A stretch of 64,000 nucleotides of DNA from a virus. This document shows, in pieces, positions 18,774 to 28,801 of the stretch. The stretch is from IMG/VR virus record IMGVR_UViG_3300029893_000004, positions 11,780-75,779 of that record. One strand, 5' to 3'. Below the pieces are notes generated by a model, which saw nothing but the letters and a program-made list of their open reading frames with translations, ran no database searches and was not told where the DNA came from. A program made the position numbers and the translations under genes. Position 1 is the stretch's first letter. Every line of letters begins with the position of its first letter.

Positions 18774-20855
18774 TCAGAGGATGGTGACCGTCCGGCTGTA
18801 CTCCGGGCGGATGTAGACGAAGTCGATGGGCTCGACCGGGTTCAGGTTGTTCGCGTCGAACGTGTAGGTGACGCCCGCGTCGGTCAGGCTCAGGTTCCCG
18901 GCGGTGAACGACTTCAGCCACCGGAACTCGTTGACCTGCCGGCTCAGGCGGTTCTTGAGCGCGGCGAGCACCGCGGCGCCCGGGCTGCTGACCGCGTCGC
19001 CGCCCACGAACGTGGCCGCGAAGCGGCGCAGGTCCATCGTCGACGCGTTCATGGCGCGGACGGTGCTCGCCTGCGTGCGCAGCACGTCCGGGCCGCGGAA
19101 CGTCGTGATCCAGCGCACGACCTTGAACCCGCCGCGGTCGACGTCTTTGGCGAGCAGGCACAGCCCGGCCTTGACCAGTTCCTCGGCGTCCGCCGCGTAG
19201 CTCCAGTTGCTGCCGCCGTGGCGCACGTCCTCGACGTCCAGCCGCTTGTTCGTGAGGTTCATCCCGAGCCGCGCGAGGCCCGCCGCGGCGCAGCACACGC
19301 GCAGCGCCGTGTACTTCGGCGCCCACCAGCGCGAGGTGCCGTTGCGGTCGCGGTACTTGGTCTCGTTGGCGTAGACCGTCGCGTAGTCGCGGTTGATGTT
19401 GACGACCGTCGCCTTCGCGATGGTCTTCGTCGGCTGCGCGCTGGTCGCCAGATGCAAGTGCGTCTCGCGCCCGCCTTGGCCGTGCCGGTAGTCGAGCTCG
19501 ACCTTGACCCGCGCCAGCACGCCCTCTCCCGTGGCGTCACCGTCGGTGACGTCCTGGTCGATCCACATCTCGGCGACGTCGTACTCGCGCAGCGCCTGCA
19601 GCGCTTGGTCCCAGGTGCCGCCGACGCTGTAGGTCGCCGAGCCAGCCGTGCCGCCCGCCAGATAGGTCGTGCTCGTGATGTTCGTGGGCGTGCCGGTGGC
19701 GCTCGCGTCGCGCGTGGCGATGATCAGCCCGCTCGGGTGGATGGGCAGGGTCGGCGTGTCCGCCTCGTCGTCGCCGAACGCCTGCATGAGAAAGTCGAGG
19801 TCGGCCTTGAAGTAGGCGATCGCCGTCTTGATGTCGGACGCCGTGGTCGTGTCCATCTTCGACACGAGCCGCGTGGACGCGTCGCCGAACTGATCGGTCG
19901 CGCTGAAGCCCGCCGCGCTCTTGGCGTTGACGGCGTCCATCACGTCCTGGATGGTGTCGTAGGTCGCCAGCGGCAGGTTGAACGCCAGGCCGCTGATCGC
20001 GACGCTCGCCGTGTTGCCCCAGCCGTCCGGGTTCGTGCGCGCGATGGTCGTGACGCTCGACCACGACTTCGACGAGGTGACCGCCGTGTTCCCCGCCGTC
20101 AGAATCACGACCTCGGTGTCCGCGGCGCCCGTGGCCTTGTTCACGCCCGTGATCGTGAAGTCCAGGTCGACGCTCGTGGGGTCGGCGTTGGCCGTGAACG
20201 TGATCGTGCCGTCGAACGCCATGTTGTCGGGCGTGTACGAGTCGGTCGCGGGCGAAGCGAGCGCGCCGGTCTTCGTGTAGTTGACCGTGACGCCGCTCGT
20301 GGGGTCGACCGTGGCCGTCATGGTCGACGCCTCGGTCTCGCTGTAGCGCAGGCCGAGGATGTTGTCGCCGCCGATGTCGTCGGTCACCCACTCGTCCGAT
20401 TCGAAGCTGACGGTGAGCTTCTTGCCCTTGCTCGTGCCGGTCTCGATCTTGAACCCGATCTTGTTCGAGTCGAGCCCGTAGATGCGCGCCTTGAGCACGG
20501 CCACCGTACCGTCGCCGTTCGTGACGGTGTACGTCCCGCGCGTGCTGGACGCGGCGTTGACCACGTACACGCCGCTCGGGCGGCCCAGGTCGGGCTCGTT
20601 GGCGTCGCCGGGCGACCAGATGGCCCCCGCGTGGTCGGCGCCGAACACGGGCAGCAGCGCCTTGAGCGCGGCCTCGCTCGAGGCGAGCGTCGGGGTGTAC
20701 GGCTTGACGCGCGTGAAGTCGCTCGGGCTGACGAGCGCCACGATGCCCTGCGAGGCGCCCGGACCGCTCGGCGTCGCCGTGCTGCGGTCGGAGTACGCGC
20801 CGGGGATCGCCGTCTCGTACTTGCGGGTGCGGAGAGTCTCGATGATCTGCGCCAT
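18774..20855 (-). CDS. Tail sheath protein
   Basis: PGAYS N-terminus, ARIYG.DSNKI, NLTNKRL, EELVKAGLC, C-terminal PVEPIDFVYI. Confidence 0.9.
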   Translation of the reverse strand: MAQIIETLRTRKYETAIPGAYSDRSTATPSGPGASQGIVALVSPSDFTRVKPYTPTLASSEAALKALLPVFGADHAGAIWSPGDANEPDLGRPSGVYVVNAASSTRGTYTVTNGDGTVAVLKARIYGLDSNKIGFKIETGTSKGKKLTVSFESDEWVTDDIGGDNILGLRYSETEASTMTATVDPTSGVTVNYTKTGALASPATDSYTPDNMAFDGTITFTANADPTSVDLDFTITGVNKATGAADTEVVILTAGNTAVTSSKSWSSVTTIARTNPDGWGNTASVAISGLAFNLPLATYDTIQDVMDAVNAKSAAGFSATDQFGDASTRLVSKMDTTTASDIKTAIAYFKADLDFLMQAFGDDEADTPTLPIHPSGLIIATRDASATGTPTNITSTTYLAGGTAGSATYSVGGTWDQALQALREYDVAEMWIDQDVTDGDATGEGVLARVKVELDYRHGQGGRETHLHLATSAQPTKTIAKATVVNINRDYATVYANETKYRDRNGTSRWWAPKYTALRVCCAAAGLARLGMNLTNKRLDVEDVRHGGSNWSYAADAEELVKAGLCLLAKDVDRGGFKVVRWITTFRGPDVLRTQASTVRAMNASTMDLRRFAATFVGGDAVSSPGAAVLAALKNRLSRQVNEFRWLKSFTAGNLSLTDAGVTYTFDANNLNPVEPIDFVYIRPEYSRTVTIL

Positions 20856-20920
20856 GGGCGGTGCTCCTTGCGACGGCCGGCGCCGTCTCGGGAAGGGTCA
20901 GGGGTGGGAAGGCGGGGGAA

Positions 20921-21586
20921 TCAGTCGTCGGCGCGGTCGTAGCCCACGGTGCCGTCGATGTCGGTGCCCTCGACGGTGGTCGTGTAGCCCTCGCGCACGA
21001 TGGTCAGCGAGTCGATGAGGCCCGTCGGGTCGAGCGCCGTCGGCACGGCCGTTGCCGGCAGACTCAGCGTCTCCTTGACCTCGAAGTTCAGCATGCGCGT
21101 GTAGAGCAGCTCCGGCCCGCCGCCCGGGGCGCCCTCGATCTCGACCGGGATGGTCTCGGTGCTGCCGCGGTAGTGGACTCCGCCGCAGCCGACCCGCGCC
21201 CGCAGGATGGCCTCGTTGCTCACGAGCACGCACGCGCGCGCGAACTGGCCGAGCAGCGCGACGTCGTCGGGCGTCTTGCCCACGACCGCCACCGAAACCA
21301 TGTTGCCGAGCGTGTAGTAGTGGTCGGTGTCCACGCCGCCGGCCGGAGCGCCTTCGGTGTTGTCCTGCGGGGCGTAGACGAGGAACAGCGGCACCTTGAC
21401 CGGACGCCGCGTGTACTCCATGCGCACGGCCGGGCGCTGGTCCGCGCTCTGGTAGTCCGACCACAGCGCGTCAATCTCGGCGGTCGGCCAGCCCTGGAAC
21501 ACGGCGCGAAACGCCGTCTCGTCTGCGGCGTACGCGTCGATAGCGGCCTTGAGCGCCGCGGCGATGATGCGGTCTGCCGGTAGCAC
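20921..21586 (-). CDS. Tail completion/terminator protein
   Basis: Position immediately before the sheath; alpha/beta pattern. Confidence 0.55.
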   Translation of the reverse strand: MLPADRIIAAALKAAIDAYAADETAFRAVFQGWPTAEIDALWSDYQSADQRPAVRMEYTRRPVKVPLFLVYAPQDNTEGAPAGGVDTDHYYTLGNMVSVAVVGKTPDDVALLGQFARACVLVSNEAILRARVGCGGVHYRGSTETIPVEIEGAPGGGPELLYTRMLNFEVKETLSLPATAVPTALDPTGLIDSLTIVREGYTTTVEGTDIDGTVGYDRADD

Positions 21587-21587
21587 G

Positions 21588-22511
21588 TCAGGCCCCCATC
21601 TCGTCGGGGATGATGCGCGACTGCAGTCGGTTCATGACGCGCTCGGCGAGATTGAGCGGCTTGAACCCGGGGTGCATCCAGTTGGCGGTCCCGCGGCCGA
21701 GCAATGCGGGCTTGCCCTGCTCGTCTCGCCGCGTGCTGGGGTTCGTGCTGATGGTGCGGAAGGTCAGGCCGTACGACTGCTTCGCCTTCGCGTACAGCTT
21801 GCCCATGCGGTACATGCCCGCGTAGATGTCCGTCGCGTGGTGCGCCTTGAGCTTCGGCGCAAGACCCGCCGCCATGGTGCCGCGCTTCTTCGGCTCGACG
21901 AAGGCCGAGCCGCCCCACAGCGTGTCGCGCGACGACTCGCGCAGCCGGGCCTCTTCGCGCGCGCCCGCCTCGGGGTCGGCCTGCTTGAGCTTGTTGACCG
22001 TGGCCTGGGCGTCGACGCCGCTCTCGGTGGTGCGCAGCCGCTTGTAGGCAGCCTCGACGGCGCGTGCGATGTTCGCGCGGTCTGCCGCCGGGTACTGCGA
22101 GCCGATGGGCTTGCCCGCGTCGCCGCGCGTGTCCGCGCCCGCGTGCCGGAAGGGGATGGACAGGTACAGGTGCCCGTCCTTGCTGCGCTTGGCCTTCGGG
22201 CTCTTCAGCACTGTCTCGCGCAAGTCCCAGGGCGGCGCGCCCTGCTCCCACATGTTCGGGAGCGAGCCGAGCAGACCGATGCGGATGGACAGCTTGTCGG
22301 TCGCGGCGCTGAGGATCTGGACGTTGCGCCCGTACTCCAGGGCCGAGCGCTCGCTCAGGTGGCCCGCCGGCAGGCTGCGCCAGTAGTCAACGGCGACGTC
22401 CGCGATGACCATGAGCTTGCGTGCCAGGTCGGCGCGGGTCATGCCCACGGCGTCGACTGCCAGGGACCGCGCCTCCTCGAGTCGGCGGGCCCCGGGCTGC
22501 GCGCTCATCAC
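21588..22511 (-). CDS. Neck/virion morphogenesis protein
   Basis: LPNMWEQGAPPWDLRETVLKSPKAKRSKDGHLYLSIPFRH resembles neck-region proteins of SPO1-like myoviruses. Confidence 0.6.
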   Translation of the reverse strand: MMSAQPGARRLEEARSLAVDAVGMTRADLARKLMVIADVAVDYWRSLPAGHLSERSALEYGRNVQILSAATDKLSIRIGLLGSLPNMWEQGAPPWDLRETVLKSPKAKRSKDGHLYLSIPFRHAGADTRGDAGKPIGSQYPAADRANIARAVEAAYKRLRTTESGVDAQATVNKLKQADPEAGAREEARLRESSRDTLWGGSAFVEPKKRGTMAAGLAPKLKAHHATDIYAGMYRMGKLYAKAKQSYGLTFRTISTNPSTRRDEQGKPALLGRGTANWMHPGFKPLNLAERVMNRLQSRIIPDEMGA

Positions 22512-23305
22512 GGCACCTCGATCGTGCGGTTGTCGAGTCGGGCGAAGACCTGCGTGGGCATGACCGCGCGCGTCTGCGCGGCCCGGGCGAGCTTGACCTC
22601 TGCCATGCGCACGACGTGCGGCGCACGCTCGACCACGTACCGCGGCTTCGCGTAGTACGTGATCGAGTAGGCGCCGCCTGCGGCCGGAGCCGTGCCGCGC
22701 GCGACGCCGAGCGTCCAGTCGATGGCGCCCGCGTCCGTCACGGCGAAGTCCGTGCCCTCGACGAGCACGTCGCCGCCGAGCCCGGTCGCCGTGGCCTTGC
22801 GCACGTACATGACGCCGGACGTGGCCGTATCAGCGGCCGTCGGACCCACGATGAGCCCGCTCGGCACGATGATCGGGTCGCGCAGCGTGTCGGTCGTGCC
22901 CGATGCCGCCCGCTGGCGGATGCGCTGCAGCACGACGAACGCGTCGGTCAGGATGATGTAGCTGTGGTCGGGCAGCGCGTACTCGCCGCGCAGCGTGAAG
23001 CTGCCCGTGCCGATGAACAGGTCGCCGTGCTTCGCCTGCAGGTCGCGGTCGCGGCCGAGGTCCTGGAAGATGGCGCGAGCGCTCACGCGCAGGCCCGCCG
23101 GATACTCGAAGCGCTTGCCGTCGCAGACCGTGCAGTCGCGCCGGGGCTGGTCCGTCTCACTGCTGATGTAGCACGGGCACTCGACGGCCGGCCACAGGTC
23201 GACGCGCGTGCCCTGCGTGGACAGCAGATCGTAGAACTTCCGGGGGTCGAACTCGGCGCCGCGGAAGACGAGCGACGAATCGGGCGGGCTCGGGAATCCC
23301 ATCAC
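22508..23305 (-). CDS. Head closure protein
   Basis: CPC...CTVCDGKRFEY Zn motif; position after the adaptor. Confidence 0.7.
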   Translation of the reverse strand: MMGFPSPPDSSLVFRGAEFDPRKFYDLLSTQGTRVDLWPAVECPCYISSETDQPRRDCTVCDGKRFEYPAGLRVSARAIFQDLGRDRDLQAKHGDLFIGTGSFTLRGEYALPDHSYIILTDAFVVLQRIRQRAASGTTDTLRDPIIVPSGLIVGPTAADTATSGVMYVRKATATGLGGDVLVEGTDFAVTDAGAIDWTLGVARGTAPAAGGAYSITYYAKPRYVVERAPHVVRMAEVKLARAAQTRAVMPTQVFARLDNRTIEVP

Positions 23306-24027
23306 GCCACCGCGAAGACCGGCCCGCGCTCCGAATCGCGCAGCACCTTGTAGCGGTCCTTGAGCGCCTTCTGGAGCTCGATGATGCTCGCGCCGAAGCC
23401 GTTGTTGGTCGCGCTCGACGTCGTGCCGATCGACGTGCTCATGCCGTCGACGCCGATGGACTGGCTCGCGATGCCCGCGCCGAGGATGAGCTCGCCCGCC
23501 ACCCGGAGAATCGGGATCGCCGCCTCCATGGCGACGATCTCCTTGATGCTCTCGGGGACGTCGCTCGACTTGTAGCCGGCGGTGTACGTGAAGCGGAACA
23601 CGCCGTTCAGCCGGAAGGGGCCCCAGAGCGCCGCGTAGACGCGGGTGAACTCCCAGGCGATGTTGCCGGTGGTCGGCACGAGCTGCACGAGACCCGTCTT
23701 CGGGTCGACGACGTTGAACCAGTCGGTCGGAATCGCGCCGATCGTGTCGGTGCCGTAGGCCATCTGCACCTGCGTGATGGCGCGCACCGGGCCGTTCTGC
23801 AAGTAGAACTGATACGTGCGCCCGATCTCGTGATCGTGCTGCTCGTCCGTGAACGTCACGTAGTCTGCGTCGCCCAGCGGAATGCCGAGGCGCCGGCTGG
23901 CGCGGTCCTGCGCGGACTCGATCGACCGCGTGAAGAACGCGTCGGGGAAGGCGTTGTTGTCACTGTCGGTCAGCCGCACGCCGAAAAGCTGCGTGTCGGT
24001 CAGGTAGTCCTTGTCGATGACCGCCAT
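23302..24027 (-). CDS. Head-tail adaptor
   Basis: FTYTAGY...GAGIASQSIGVDGMSTS.GTTSSATN.GFGA.I. Confidence 0.8.
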   Translation of the reverse strand: MAVIDKDYLTDTQLFGVRLTDSDNNAFPDAFFTRSIESAQDRASRRLGIPLGDADYVTFTDEQHDHEIGRTYQFYLQNGPVRAITQVQMAYGTDTIGAIPTDWFNVVDPKTGLVQLVPTTGNIAWEFTRVYAALWGPFRLNGVFRFTYTAGYKSSDVPESIKEIVAMEAAIPILRVAGELILGAGIASQSIGVDGMSTSIGTTSSATNNGFGASIIELQKALKDRYKVLRDSERGPVFAVA

Positions 24028-24030
24028 GGC

Positions 24031-24555
24031 TCATCCGAGCGTGGCGCGCAGGACGGCGTCCGCGCTGCCCGCGACGTACGACGCGATGCGGAAGTAGACC
24101 TCCCGCTGCCCGATGGCGCTGCGGTACTCGCGATGCGACGTCACCGCCGCGTACGAGTCGACCAGAACCCAGATCCAGTCACCGGCGAGCGTGCCGTCGG
24201 TGTGCACGTCCGTGCGGGCCCAGACCTCGACGCCGACCGCGCCGCCCTTGGTGTCGACGTGCCAGATCACCTCGTCGCCGTCGCGGGCGGCGGGGAAGCT
24301 GGCGGGCGTCGTCGTCGGGCCCGGCTGGTCGGTGTTCGGGTCGTTGGTGTCCGCGGCGCTGATCGTGCGCGTGAAGAACAGCGGGCCGTCCGCCTCGCGC
24401 TCGCCCGTGAGCGTGGCGCGGTAGCGCACGGCCGGGCCCACGTTGCGCGTGACGAGCGCCCTGGTCGGGATGTCGAAGGACTGCGCGACGACGCGCGCCG
24501 GACTCGGGCGGTGGTCCGTCTGCTTGTCGCGGCCCACGGGGCGCTTGTCGGCCAT
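24031..24555 (-). CDS. Hypothetical virion protein
   Basis: GAGGA RBS; in the structural operon. Confidence 0.6.
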   Translation of the reverse strand: MADKRPVGRDKQTDHRPSPARVVAQSFDIPTRALVTRNVGPAVRYRATLTGEREADGPLFFTRTISAADTNDPNTDQPGPTTTPASFPAARDGDEVIWHVDTKGGAVGVEVWARTDVHTDGTLAGDWIWVLVDSYAAVTSHREYRSAIGQREVYFRIASYVAGSADAVLRATLG

Positions 24556-24644
24556 GGCGTGTCCTCGGGATGGGTGGGAAGGGGCCCGGGGCGCAGCGCG
24601 ACGCCAGGAGGCGGAGGCGGCGCGCTACGCCCGGGCTATCGGTC

Positions 24645-25841
24645 TCAGCTCAGAGTGATGTTGCTGTCGCCGATGAGCGCGATCTTCGGGATGAAGCCGA
24701 GCTCGACGCTCACGCCGGCCGGCACCGTGACCGTGGCCTTCAGCGCGCCGCCCGAGTGGAACTCGGTGGTCGTGGCGAGCGTGGCCGCCTTGACCGTGCC
24801 GCTGTCGGCGCTGGTGATGGTCAGGGTGCTGATCGCCGCCGTGCCCGCGACCGCGGCGGCGACCGTCACGTCGCCCGTGCCGCTCACGAGGTCGCAGGCC
24901 ACGTCCAGGCCGAGCATCTGGTAGCCCGCGTCGAGGTCGAGCACCGTCACGACGTAGGAGCCCGCGCCCGTGCGCTGGATCTCGAGCAGCGCCGCCACGG
25001 ACACGTTGGCGCCCGCGGCCGCCGTGAGCGTGGCCTTCGGGATGGCGCCGGCCGCGAGCGCCCCGGTCGCGGCGATGGTGCCCGCCTTGACGGTGGCGTT
25101 GTCGGCCATGTCGATCGTGATGCTGTTCGCGATCGCCGCGTCGGCGTCGGCCGCGTTGACGATGGCGAGCGTGCTGCCGTCGGCCCCGGCCGCGGACTGC
25201 ACGAGCGCCGAGGCGCGGATCGCCTTGCTCGCCAGCGCCGAGTAGCCGAACCACTTCGACGTGACGCTCGTGGCGGTCGCCGTGAGGCTCGCGAGCGGCG
25301 CGGCGCCCACGGCCACGGCCGTCTCGGCGCCCGTCGCCGTGCCGTAGGCCGCGCTGACCAGCGTGCCAGCCACGCCCCGGTTCAGCTCGTCGCGCACGTT
25401 CTCGACGGTCGACGTGATGGAGCCTCCGCCGTTGGTGGCGAGGCTGATCACGATGGCAGCCACGCCCGTCGCCGCGTTGAACGTCACGGTCTGGCTGAGC
25501 GGCTGGCTGTTGGCAGCGGGGTCGACGAGCGCCACGGTGTGCGCCTTGTTGTCGACGTTGCGCCCGGTGACGACCAGCGTGGCGCCCGCGCCGTCGGCGT
25601 CGATGGTCAGCGTGCCCGCCTTGTAGCGGTTGTCGATGGCGATGACCTCCGACACGAACGTCTTGGAGTCGCCGACCTGGTCGACGGCCAGACGCGCGGC
25701 CGAGGGCTGCTTCGACTCGTTCAGCAGCAGCCGCTCGAGGACGTGCAGCTCCTGGAGGTGCTGCTGCGAGCGGCGGTGCTTGCTCAGGAGTTGCTTACCG
25801 GTCGTGGAGCCGAGCCGGTACGGGAGCTTCAGGGTTGCCAT
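24645..25841 (-). CDS. Head decoration/fibre-like protein
   Basis: Ala/Thr/Gly-rich beta protein two genes after the capsid gene. Confidence 0.55.
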   Translation of the reverse strand: MATLKLPYRLGSTTGKQLLSKHRRSQQHLQELHVLERLLLNESKQPSAARLAVDQVGDSKTFVSEVIAIDNRYKAGTLTIDADGAGATLVVTGRNVDNKAHTVALVDPAANSQPLSQTVTFNAATGVAAIVISLATNGGGSITSTVENVRDELNRGVAGTLVSAAYGTATGAETAVAVGAAPLASLTATATSVTSKWFGYSALASKAIRASALVQSAAGADGSTLAIVNAADADAAIANSITIDMADNATVKAGTIAATGALAAGAIPKATLTAAAGANVSVAALLEIQRTGAGSYVVTVLDLDAGYQMLGLDVACDLVSGTGDVTVAAAVAGTAAISTLTITSADSGTVKAATLATTTEFHSGGALKATVTVPAGVSVELGFIPKIALIGDSNITLS

Positions 25842-25844
25842 GGG

Positions 25845-26354
25845 TTACTCCGTGTTCCGGCGGCGGCGGCCGCGCCGGCTCTGCGTGGGGGCGCCCTCGG
25901 AGACCTCCTCCGAAGGCTGGTCCGCCTCGACCGGCTCGCCTGCGGGCGCGTCGGTCTGCTCCGCGGGCGCGTCCTGCTCGGGCTCGGCGGGGGCGTCCAG
26001 CGCCGGCTCGGAGACCTCCTCCGGGGCGGGCTGGGAGTCGTCCGGCGCCTCGTCGGCGGGCTCGTCGACCACGGGCGGCAGGGGCTCGGGCTGGGGGGCG
26101 ACACACGGCTCGACGACGAACGTGCCGGGCACGCGCTCGAAGTGCGCCACGAGGTGCTGGTCCACCACGATGGGCAGCCTCGGGCCTTCGGACGCCAGAT
26201 GCCCCTCGGAGACGAGTGCGGCGAACGCGTCGAACTGCGGGTGATCGCCGTCGGGAGCGCACAGCAGGCCCCCGGCGTCGACCCAGTACGGCACACTGCC
26301 GTAGACGTTCACGACCTCGCGCGAGGCCGGTCGAAAGCGGACTCGGAACTGCAT
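25845..26354 (-). CDS. Acidic low-complexity protein
   Basis: GAGGAG RBS; Glu/Pro-rich C-terminus ending RRGRRRRNTE. Confidence 0.65.
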   Translation of the reverse strand: MQFRVRFRPASREVVNVYGSVPYWVDAGGLLCAPDGDHPQFDAFAALVSEGHLASEGPRLPIVVDQHLVAHFERVPGTFVVEPCVAPQPEPLPPVVDEPADEAPDDSQPAPEEVSEPALDAPAEPEQDAPAEQTDAPAGEPVEADQPSEEVSEGAPTQSRRGRRRRNTE

Positions 26355-26424
26355 CAGGGATCTCCTCGGATGGCAGACGCCGCCGCGCCCGCTCAGGGCG
26401 CTGCGCGGAGGCGGTCAGCGGTCA

Positions 26425-27936
26425 TCAGACGAGCTGCGGGCTCGCCAGCGTGCCGACGTTCTTGAACATGACCAGTCGGCGGTTGAGCCGCGCGAACGGC
26501 GCGCCGAACAGGAACATGCCGAACTGCTGGCTGTAGTTGGTCAGCCCGAAGTTGACGGCGTTCATCGTCACGCCGCCGCCCGGGATCTGCGCCGGCGCCG
26601 ACGTCGGCCCGACCTGCCCCGCGCGGTACTGCGCGAAGGCGAAGTGCGTCGGGTCGGCCTTGAGCATGAAGGCCCGCGAGGTGCCCGGGATGTCCGCGTT
26701 CAGGTCCACGATCGAGGTGTTGCCCGCGGCGGCCTTCTTCGTGCGGCCGAGGTACTTCACGGTCGACGCCGCGTCGCCGGGGTTGACCGTGCGCCAGACG
26801 TGGTAGTAGGTCACGCCCGAGACGCCCGAGTCGGTGAGCGTGATGGTGTTCTTCTCGCCGACCGCGATCGTGTACTGCGCCGAGGTGGTCGCGGACGAGT
26901 AGCCCGCCGGGCCCACGGCCACGATCTTGTAGTAGTGGGCGCCCGCGTAGGTCGCGTCGAACCGACTCGCCGCGTCGGACGCCTGGGCCGCCGTGTCGAT
27001 GGTCGGGGCGTCGGGCGCGCTGGTGCTGCTCTCCGCGCTCGGCACGCGGAAGTGGTTGTTCGACAGGAACTTGTCCGCGTACGGCACGATCGTCGAGCCG
27101 GTCGCCGCGAGGATGCCGCGCACGGGGTTGCCGCCGAGCAGGATGTTCGTGCCGTTGCCGCCCGGGATGCGCTGCATGGCCTGCGCCTCGCGCTTGAGGC
27201 TGTCGGCGATGGTAGGCGCGCAGAGCAGCGAGTCGTGCTCGCCGAAGACCTGCTCGGAGACCTCCGTCGAGACCGCCGAGACGAAGTCCGCGGACAGCGG
27301 CTTGCCGCGCAGGTCGCGCACCTGCAGGCCGGCCGTGTCGAACGCCGCGTCGGCGTCGGCGACGATCTTCCACACGCCGTCGAACTCGTTCGCGCTGATG
27401 GTCGAGTCGCCCCAGTACAGGTCGCGCGTCAGCGCGCCGGCCAGACGCATCGCCACGAGCATGCGCTCGGTGTCACCCGCGCGCCAGCCCTCCGGCGCGC
27501 CCTCGGGCCGGATCACGTTGCCGACCGCGTCGATCGCGAACTCGTACGAGCCCACCGCGTTCAGCATCTTGATCTGGGTGTAGTACCGGACGATGTCCGC
27601 CGACAGCTCGGGGGCCTTGTCCGTGTTGCCCACGGCCGCCGGGAGCAGCGGGTCGTAGGTCTTGTTGATGTTCGACCACTGGTGCACGATGGCGTTCGCC
27701 GTCGCGAACATGCCCTTGTTGAGCATGAGGCGCAGCAGCATGAGGTCGTCGTCGGAGTACGAGGCGTTCTTCAGGTACGGCTCGAGGCTCTCGACCTGGA
27801 TGGCGGCGCCAGCGCCGGACGCCGTGTTGGGCGTGGGCGCGACGGCGGTGATCGACTTGAGGACCGCGGCGGCCTGCTGGGGATCGGTCGCCCCCAGCAT
27901 TCCACCCGTCCAGAAGGTGAAATCGTTCTGCATCAT
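26425..27936 (-). CDS. Major capsid protein (Herelleviridae-like)
   Basis: LKS^ maturation-like site, then ESLEPYLK; LYWGDSTISANEFDG; DLRGKPLS; FGMFLFGAP. Confidence 0.9.
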   Translation of the reverse strand: MMQNDFTFWTGGMLGATDPQQAAAVLKSITAVAPTPNTASGAGAAIQVESLEPYLKNASYSDDDLMLLRLMLNKGMFATANAIVHQWSNINKTYDPLLPAAVGNTDKAPELSADIVRYYTQIKMLNAVGSYEFAIDAVGNVIRPEGAPEGWRAGDTERMLVAMRLAGALTRDLYWGDSTISANEFDGVWKIVADADAAFDTAGLQVRDLRGKPLSADFVSAVSTEVSEQVFGEHDSLLCAPTIADSLKREAQAMQRIPGGNGTNILLGGNPVRGILAATGSTIVPYADKFLSNNHFRVPSAESSTSAPDAPTIDTAAQASDAASRFDATYAGAHYYKIVAVGPAGYSSATTSAQYTIAVGEKNTITLTDSGVSGVTYYHVWRTVNPGDAASTVKYLGRTKKAAAGNTSIVDLNADIPGTSRAFMLKADPTHFAFAQYRAGQVGPTSAPAQIPGGGVTMNAVNFGLTNYSQQFGMFLFGAPFARLNRRLVMFKNVGTLASPQLV

Positions 27937-27982
27937 GGCGGGAATCTCCTTGAAGGCTCGTGTTGGTGGGCTTGCTGGGGGG

Positions 27983-28777
27983 TCAGATGATGTTCAGGGA
28001 CTTGGCGAGGTTGGCCCGGAGCGTGCCGCGCGACGCGGGCAGGATCAGGCCGCGGATCGTGTTGGCGCGCAGCGCGTCGCCCTTCGCGTCGGCCTCCGCC
28101 AGCGCCTTGGCCAGCGCGGGCTCGGCCACGTGCGCCGGCAGGAACTCGCCGTTGGCGTTCTCGCGGGCGTCGGCCGGGGTCGGGACCACGTCCGCCGCGG
28201 TCGTGGTCACGCGCGACGGCACGGGCAGGCGCAGCGCCGTGGCGATGGCGTCCATGCTCTTCTGCAGGGCGTCGCCCTGCGCCTTGATGGCGGCCATCTC
28301 GGCCTTGAGCGCGGCGCTGCCGGCCTGCGACTTCACGAGGCTCTTGGAGACGGCATCGAGCCGCATGGCAAGCGCGACCACGCCCTTGCGCGCGATGGCG
28401 CTGTTGGCGTTGGCCGTGCCCAGCGCGGCCTCCAGCGACTTCAGGATCGGCGCCGCGTCGAGCGGCTCGTCGCCCTCGGGGTCGACGCCCTCGAAGTCGT
28501 CACCCAGCGCGAGCAGCGTGCCGGCGGTCAGGTCGACCGGCTCGGGCTCGGGGTCCTCGGCCGGGTCCATCGACTTGACGAACGCCGCGAGCGCGTCCGC
28601 GTCGAAGCGCGACTCGGTCTCGCCCGTGAGCGACTTCTCGACGGACTCCTCGTCCATCTCGTCCATGGCCTTCAGGAGCGCCGACTTCTCGTCGCCGTCC
28701 TCCATCTTGCCGGCCATCTTCCTGAGCGCCTTCCGGTCCTCGGCGCCCGCGGAGTTGTACATCTTCTTCAGGTCCAT
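27983..28777 (-). CDS. Scaffold-like protein
   Basis: Between protease and capsid genes; helical; many KS/KA sites (LLKAM, VEKSL, FVKSM, ILKSL, VSKSLVKS, LQKSM, LAKSL). Confidence 0.65.
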   Translation of the reverse strand: MDLKKMYNSAGAEDRKALRKMAGKMEDGDEKSALLKAMDEMDEESVEKSLTGETESRFDADALAAFVKSMDPAEDPEPEPVDLTAGTLLALGDDFEGVDPEGDEPLDAAPILKSLEAALGTANANSAIARKGVVALAMRLDAVSKSLVKSQAGSAALKAEMAAIKAQGDALQKSMDAIATALRLPVPSRVTTTAADVVPTPADARENANGEFLPAHVAEPALAKALAEADAKGDALRANTIRGLILPASRGTLRANLAKSLNII

Positions 28778-28801
28778 GATGTCTCCTGGGGGAATGGGCG
28801 C